Source of the DNA: a virus
Reading direction: 5' to 3' (one strand)
Virus record (IMG/VR): IMGVR_UViG_3300027906_000003
Span: 59,821 to 123,820 of that record
DNA length: 64,000 bases
Both the position numbers and the translations under genes were made by a program. Positions within the stretch are counted from its first letter, which is position 1; each line of letters begins with the position of its first letter. Below are positions 58,567-64,000 of the stretch, one piece after another. The notes below the pieces were generated by a model, which was not told where the DNA came from, made no database searches, and saw nothing but the letters and a program-made list of their open reading frames with translations.

Positions 58567-59849
58567 TGAAAAAATTAAGTTCATTTTTGAGAGAAGGAAA
58601 AGATAAAGGTGTAGTATTCACTTTTGGTCGTTTCAATCCACCTACTACAGGTCATGCCAAGTTAGTCGAAAAACTTAAAAAGGCATCAAGTGGTGGATAC
58701 AAACCACTATTATTCACATCACATTCAAACGATAAGAAAAAGAATCCACTTTCACACAAACAAAAGATAACATATCTAAGAAAATTCTTTGGTAGAATTA
58801 TAGTAGATGCAGACGCAAGAACTGTATTTGATATCTGTAATGAACTACAGAGACAGAAATTTAACAGAGTTAGAATGGTTGTTGGTTCAGATAGAGTTAA
58901 AGAGTTTGATTTTCTATTAAAGAAATACAATGGTGTAAAAGCAAGACATGGATTCTATAAGTTTGACGAAATAGAAATTATATCTGCAGGTGAGAGAGAC
59001 CCCGATGCAGATGATGTTTCAGGAATGTCTGCAAGTAAACTTCGTGCCTTGGCAGAACAAGGAGATTTTAAAGCATTCTCTAAAGGAGTTCCAACAAAGA
59101 ACAAAAAGGATATAGAGAATCTATATAAAGATATTAGAAAAGGTATGGGTATTGTAGAAGAAACTATGCCTGATTATATGGTTGAAGACATGATTAAGGA
59201 AGGAGTCTATGACCCAGGAACATTTAAAGCAGTCTTTTTAATGGGAGGTCCAGGTTCAGGTAAATCTACAGTTGTTAAGAAACTTGGTCTAAAAGCCTTA
59301 GGGTTAAAACTTGTTAATACAGATAATGCTTTTGAAAGGGGTTTAAAGAAAGCAGGATTATCCCTAGATTTAAGAAACATTGATGCAAATGTCAGAGATG
59401 GTATTCGTGCCAAGGCAAAAAAGATTACAGGTAAAAACTTAGACGCATATATCGAAGGAAGACTAGGTCTTATCTTTGATACAACAAGTGCCAAGTCAGG
59501 TAAGATTCAAGGATATAAGAAGATGTTAGACGCATTAGGATATGAATACAAAATGGTATATGTTAATGCAAGTCTTGAAAATGCACAAAAAAGAAATGAA
59601 CTTCGTGCAAGAAAACTTCCTAAAGAAATTGTAAAATCTGATTGGGATAAAGCACAAAAGAATTTAGATACATTTAAATCAATGTTCAAAAAGGATTTCA
59701 TTGAAGTTAGAAATGATGATGATATAAAATCATTGGATAATAAGGCATCTAAACTATATGGAAAACTTATGACTTGGTCATCACAATTCCCTGGTAATAA
59801 ACTTGCAACTGCATGGAAAGAACAGGAGTTAATCGCTAAAAAACGATAA
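58566..59849 (+). CDS. Cytidylyltransferase-like (HIGH) domain fused to zeta-like P-loop kinase
   Basis: TFGRFNPPTTGH, VVGSDRV, SAGERDPD, MSASKLR; then GGPGSGKS, IFDTT, RNELRAR. Confidence 0.85.
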   Translation: MKKLSSFLREGKDKGVVFTFGRFNPPTTGHAKLVEKLKKASSGGYKPLLFTSHSNDKKKNPLSHKQKITYLRKFFGRIIVDADARTVFDICNELQRQKFNRVRMVVGSDRVKEFDFLLKKYNGVKARHGFYKFDEIEIISAGERDPDADDVSGMSASKLRALAEQGDFKAFSKGVPTKNKKDIENLYKDIRKGMGIVEETMPDYMVEDMIKEGVYDPGTFKAVFLMGGPGSGKSTVVKKLGLKALGLKLVNTDNAFERGLKKAGLSLDLRNIDANVRDGIRAKAKKITGKNLDAYIEGRLGLIFDTTSAKSGKIQGYKKMLDALGYEYKMVYVNASLENAQKRNELRARKLPKEIVKSDWDKAQKNLDTFKSMFKKDFIEVRNDDDIKSLDNKASKLYGKLMTWSSQFPGNKLATAWKEQELIAKKR

Positions 59850-59857
59850 ATAGTATT

Positions 59858-60802
59858 ATGGATATATTAGACAATAACATTCAACAAACAAAGAAATTCA
59901 GAGACGAATATAGTAAAGTCAATGAAGACAATGTTGCAGTTCAAACTGCTCTTGCAAAGGCAAAACAAGTTGACGAGATGGAGAAGTTGAAAGCACAACA
60001 CATCAAAGAAATTGAGGCATTGCAAGCCGAACATGAAAGAGAAAACGAAAGACTTGCAGGTGCAAAAGAGAAAGAAGTCATTGATACTCAAATTAAGAAA
60101 CAAAGAGAAGCAGAAAGAAAAGCAGCTGAAAAGTCAAACACTTCTGAATCAGTTGAATTAGATGAAGAAAGAATGTCTATAGCAACAAAGTTATTTAAAT
60201 CTTATGAAAAAGATATAGAAAAACTTATGAAAAAACATGATGCGTATGTATCAGATACAGGTCTTAAATTTACATTTATATCATCTCCAAAACCAATGAA
60301 AAGGGGATTCATGAAAGACTTACTTAAATTATTAGGTATGTCTGAATCAGTTGAAGAAGGAAAACTTGTTGCTGATACACATACAATAATAGACACCATG
60401 ATTAAAAAGATTCAATTAAAACTTGAAAAAGAGATTAAGAGGAACAAAGAAAAGGGTTTAGCATTAGTCAATGAACTTGGTAAAGTAATAGGACATAAAG
60501 TGACTGATAAGAAACAAGAGAAAGGTAAACTATTTCTAAAGTTCGAAACAGAGTTAGATGAAGAAACAATGCCAGGTAAAGGTAATGCCTCAGATGATGG
60601 TGTTTGTGAAATAGGAACAGATGATATAAGACAAAAGTATCAAGCTGACACACCAGGTCAAGCAGAAGAAGGATATGTCAAAGAACAGGAAAAGGCTTTT
60701 CATGAACAGAAGTCAAAGGTAAAGAAAAACTTTAAAGATGTATTCCAGAATCCTTTAAAGGGATATCCTGCCAACGAAGATTTTGAAGTAAAAAAACTAT
60801 AA
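59858..60802 (+). CDS. Late charged protein, probable internal head protein
   Basis: 5 nt after GATAAATA; modules separated by ESVE/LDEE; EIGTD..YQADTPGQ. Confidence 0.6.
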   Translation: MDILDNNIQQTKKFRDEYSKVNEDNVAVQTALAKAKQVDEMEKLKAQHIKEIEALQAEHERENERLAGAKEKEVIDTQIKKQREAERKAAEKSNTSESVELDEERMSIATKLFKSYEKDIEKLMKKHDAYVSDTGLKFTFISSPKPMKRGFMKDLLKLLGMSESVEEGKLVADTHTIIDTMIKKIQLKLEKEIKRNKEKGLALVNELGKVIGHKVTDKKQEKGKLFLKFETELDEETMPGKGNASDDGVCEIGTDDIRQKYQADTPGQAEEGYVKEQEKAFHEQKSKVKKNFKDVFQNPLKGYPANEDFEVKKL

Positions 60803-60809
60803 GATAATT

Positions 60810-61343
60810 ATGAAAACATTGAAAGAGGTTGCAATCGAGGAAACCCTTGAAGCAATGCAAACTAAGGGAATCAATCTCTTAGACAATCCATTTAGACTAG
60901 GTTCTACACTGTATTTTGAATGTATACATCAAGCAAGAACACTAGTATCAGAAAACAAATATACACTAACGGAAGTCGACAAAAACATATTAGAGACTGA
61001 TATAGGGTCATTTGAGACATATAACGGTGAATTAGTGCCTTTAGACTGCCCTATGTATGAGATATCCGAAGAAGAAGAACCGGAACTCAACAAACCTAAA
61101 AGAGGTGGTCCTAAAAAATACTATGTTTATGTAAAAGACGGTGATAAGGTTAAGAAAATCACATGGGGAGATACAACAGGCCTCAAAGTTAAGTTAAACA
61201 ATCCAAAAGCACGAGAATCATTCGCTGCTCGTCACAAATGTGACCAACAAAACGACAAAACAACAGCATCATATTGGGCATGTAGATTGCCTTATTATGC
61301 AAAACAACTCGGTTTATCAGGTGGAGGAGACTTTTACTGGTAG
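60810..61343 (+). CDS. Conserved T4-like protein (DUF6321-like)
   Basis: LNKPKRGGPKKYYVYV, ARESFAARHKC, YWAC. Confidence 0.7.
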   Translation: MKTLKEVAIEETLEAMQTKGINLLDNPFRLGSTLYFECIHQARTLVSENKYTLTEVDKNILETDIGSFETYNGELVPLDCPMYEISEEEEPELNKPKRGGPKKYYVYVKDGDKVKKITWGDTTGLKVKLNNPKARESFAARHKCDQQNDKTTASYWACRLPYYAKQLGLSGGGDFYW

Positions 61344-61361
61344 CCTAAATATTTGTATATC

Positions 61362-61568
61362 ATGGAAGAAAGAACATTATATCACAACTATGCACAAGGC
61401 AATAGAATTGCAGAAATTTATAGGTCTTCAAAGGGTTGGGAAGTCGACTTATTAGAAGATGAAATGTTTGTAGAGTGTAGAAAAGTTCACAATCATTCAG
61501 AAAATTATGCAGAAGATGTTGCAGAAAATTGGTGTCAAGGTTTAATTAAACATGACAAAACCGTATAA
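61362..61568 (+). CDS. Hypothetical protein
   Basis: HSENYAEDVAENW; after CCTAAATA. Confidence 0.65.
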   Translation: MEERTLYHNYAQGNRIAEIYRSSKGWEVDLLEDEMFVECRKVHNHSENYAEDVAENWCQGLIKHDKTV

Positions 61569-61833
61569 AGAAGAGATAATTGAACAACACGGAACAGGCA
61601 GGTTTTTTAAAGTTAGAACCTTTGACCAGTCTGTTGAAGAAAAAGAACTAGTTTGGCATAGGGACAAGAAGAATAGAACAGTTCATGTGTTAAGTGGAAA
61701 TGGGTGGAAACTACAGAATGATGATGAATTACCAAGAGAATTAGTAATTGGTAAAGATTATTTCATTGTTAAGAATAGTTACCATAGATTAATCAAGGGA
61801 GAAAATAACCTAGTTATTCGAATAGAAGAGTAG
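61552..61833 (+). CDS. Small cupin-like protein
   Basis: ELVWHRD, GWKLQ.DDELP, YHRLIKG. Confidence 0.7.
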   Translation: MTKPYKEEIIEQHGTGRFFKVRTFDQSVEEKELVWHRDKKNRTVHVLSGNGWKLQNDDELPRELVIGKDYFIVKNSYHRLIKGENNLVIRIEE

Positions 61834-61865
61834 GTTTCGAACTAAAATATATTATAAATAATACT

Positions 61866-62453
61866 ATGAGTTATAAGTCAGAAAACTGGAAAGAAAAATT
61901 AGACGAAGTCCGTTCACATGTTGCTTTAAAACCTGGCAGTTTGGAAAAGAGTGCCGAAGAAATTATAAGTGACCAAATTGATGAGGAACTTGCGTCATTT
62001 TTTGAAGACCAAGACACAACAGAGATTGTTGAGAGGATTGAAGCTTCAACAGGTGATATGATTAAGAAATTATTCAATACTGATAGTGAAAATGAATCAC
62101 TAGGTATAGCAAAACTTCTTTCAATGACTGATGTTAAAGTTGCACTTCAAATGCAGAAACAAAATCCAAAAGGATTTAAGAAAACTACATTTGCTATGGG
62201 TGCAGACAACAGCAACAAGTCACTACCTACTGATAAAGACATTCAAAAAATGTTCAAAAAGGCAGGTGTCAAACCTTTACCAGAAGAAGAGACTGTAGAA
62301 GAAGTCAAAGAGGAAAAACTTTCCGTTGAAAGAACTATAGAAAAACTCACCGAAAAAAACATGTTAGGTCGTTTATCTAAGTCCCTAAGACTAGATGAAG
62401 AGGGCAAAGAAAAATTATTCAATTATTTCGATAAAGGGGAATTAGAACAATGA
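61866..62453 (+). CDS. Late hypothetical protein, probable internal head protein
   Basis: 5 nt after TATAAATA at 61853; Glu/Lys-rich. Confidence 0.65.
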   Translation: MSYKSENWKEKLDEVRSHVALKPGSLEKSAEEIISDQIDEELASFFEDQDTTEIVERIEASTGDMIKKLFNTDSENESLGIAKLLSMTDVKVALQMQKQNPKGFKKTTFAMGADNSNKSLPTDKDIQKMFKKAGVKPLPEEETVEEVKEEKLSVERTIEKLTEKNMLGRLSKSLRLDEEGKEKLFNYFDKGELEQ

Positions 62454-63091
62454 AATTTACATCACTAGGGTTATCAGACGACCTTTTAGAAGCATCTAAA
62501 CAAGTCTTACAAAATTCAAAGGAATATGAAGATTTCTTTAAAGCGTCTTTAAAGAAATTTAATGTTGACTCACCTGCTGATTTTAAATCAGATGAAGAAA
62601 AGAAGAAGTTCTTCGATTACATAGAAAAGAACTACAAAGGTGAGAAGTCAGAAGAAACAGAAGTAAAAGAAAAATCTAAACCTGCAAAAAAGTTTATTAA
62701 ACTTGGCGACGAAGCTGAAAAAAAAAATCTAAAGACGGAAGCTACTAGAAGTTATTTTAAAACAGTAGATGACCTTGCCGACAAACATGGTCATGAAGAG
62801 GCATTCATTTACAAATCACCTAAACTATCTAACATGATAAATGACCTTAAAAAGGTTATCAAAAGTGAAGTAAAAGCAGGATTTAAAGATTCTAAAAAAT
62901 ATGGTGATAAAGTCATCAAACACTTGCAAAAGATGGAAGTAATGGTCTATAATGACAATGTGGTTATGACAAACAACATGCACGGTAAGTTTAGTAAAGA
63001 TTGGGAAGGCGATACATCATTTAGAGAAGATATGGCCTCAGTTATCATTAAACATGACGATATACTAGCACACGCAATATTTGGAGTGTAA
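62450..63091 (+). CDS. Late hypothetical protein
   Basis: YEDFFKASLKKF..SPADF..KKKFFDYIEKNY module; A10 tract mid-gene. Confidence 0.65.
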   Translation: MKFTSLGLSDDLLEASKQVLQNSKEYEDFFKASLKKFNVDSPADFKSDEEKKKFFDYIEKNYKGEKSEETEVKEKSKPAKKFIKLGDEAEKKNLKTEATRSYFKTVDDLADKHGHEEAFIYKSPKLSNMINDLKKVIKSEVKAGFKDSKKYGDKVIKHLQKMEVMVYNDNVVMTNNMHGKFSKDWEGDTSFREDMASVIIKHDDILAHAIFGV

Positions 63092-63092
63092 T

Positions 63093-64000
63093 ATGAATTT
63101 ATTTCATGAATCAAAGAAGATACTCGACAAAGATGGTAAAGTAAATCCATTAGGACCTTATGGTAAGTCAAAACTTACAGGTCAAGAAGTCGCAACTTAT
63201 TTTCGAAAAAACAAAGTATCAGATGCCAAAGTTAAAAGAGCAGTAGAAGTTGCACTTGACTTAGGTGGTGCGTTTGATGTTGCACAAAAAGAAATCAAAA
63301 AGTTCTTTGGTAGTTCTATACTAAAGAAGAAAGAAGTTCAACATGCACTAAAGTATGCAAACGAAGAAAAAATAACAGAAATAACTGATAAAGAAATTAA
63401 TGCAGTTAAAAAACTTTCTAAAGACCAACAAGCGGTATTGAAAGATTATCAAAAAATCACTAAACTAGGTGATAAAGAACTCAAAGACACAAAACATAAC
63501 CCTACTTACAAAGCAATCTTAGATGCAAGAGATAAAGTTCTTACACTTATCGGAACACTTCAAACAGACAAATTACTTAAAGGTGAAGACCTCGAAGAGT
63601 CTATAAGAGATGTTGAAAAAGAATATATGGACAGAGAATGGGTGCAGATAGTCAGAAAACACAAAAATGCAATCAAAAAGTTTTGGAGAACTGGTCAATT
63701 AGATGATAAAGCAGAAGAAGATTTAGTTGGTTACGCAATGGACAATGCTGAAATCAGAACTGATGATGTAGACGAAACAGATGCTTGGTTAGAAGATATA
63801 ATTCTTTCTAATGAAGAAACAAATGTCATGAACACATATCGTAAGATGTGGGAAGATGGTCAGAAGTATGCACCTATAGAAGAATCAAAAAAGATGACTT
63901 CTGCTCAAAAGAAAGAGTTCGATAAACTATACAAAAAAATGGATGGTGGTAAAGAACATCAAGCAATCAAACAAAAGATTAAAAATCCAATAAAGGCAGA
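63093..64000 (+). CDS. Late hypothetical protein, 3'-truncated
   Basis: ATG 63093 (MNLFHESKK); appears open to the window end; Glu-delimited modules. Confidence 0.6.
   Translation, partial: MNLFHESKKILDKDGKVNPLGPYGKSKLTGQEVATYFRKNKVSDAKVKRAVEVALDLGGAFDVAQKEIKKFFGSSILKKKEVQHALKYANEEKITEITDKEINAVKKLSKDQQAVLKDYQKITKLGDKELKDTKHNPTYKAILDARDKVLTLIGTLQTDKLLKGEDLEESIRDVEKEYMDREWVQIVRKHKNAIKKFWRTGQLDDKAEEDLVGYAMDNAEIRTDDVDETDAWLEDIILSNEETNVMNTYRKMWEDGQKYAPIEESKKMTSAQKKEFDKLYKKMDGGKEHQAIKQKIKNPIKA

Noticed and set aside
146-63171. Numerous 60-140 aa minus-strand and nested ORFs in the ORF track
   Set aside because: They are shadows of well-supported + strand genes, with no motifs, SD or promoters
1-64000. 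Stop-codon reassignment
   Set aside because: Core genes are full length under the standard code, and TAA, TAG and TGA all end genes

Overview
AT-rich 64 kb segment of a T4-like marine myovirus (pelagiphage/cyanophage-type gene order; a proteobacterial host is inferred from host-like genes). Almost everything is on the + strand. It carries the head/neck/tail core (gp13-gp23, gp3), recombination and replication genes (uvsY, uvsW, gp55, gp47, gp46, gp45, gp44, gp62, regA, gp43, uvsX, gp41) and host-like auxiliary genes (ACP, three 2OG-Fe(II) oxygenases, peptide deformylase, CobT/CobS-like pair, Hsp20, peroxiredoxin, IscU). Stand-out observations: (1) a late-promoter-driven envelope module of CsgF, CsgG, two curlin-like proteins, FecR and an intact CHASE2 adenylate cyclase, with an apparently overprinted secreted gene; (2) pervasive leaderless architecture, with ATG exactly 5 nt after late TAAATA boxes and about 6 nt after sigma70 -10 boxes; (3) unannotated structured non-coding segments, including a 17-nt direct repeat and a cloverleaf-like fold upstream of hsp20; (4) a PRMT-like methyltransferase between the terminase genes; (5) a 17-aa, 8-Cys micropeptide; (6) four tandem membrane micropeptides faced by an antisense promoter. 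No canonical tRNA, rRNA, CRISPR array, intron or intein was recognised. All calls come from motif reading and synteny by eye, with no database searches.
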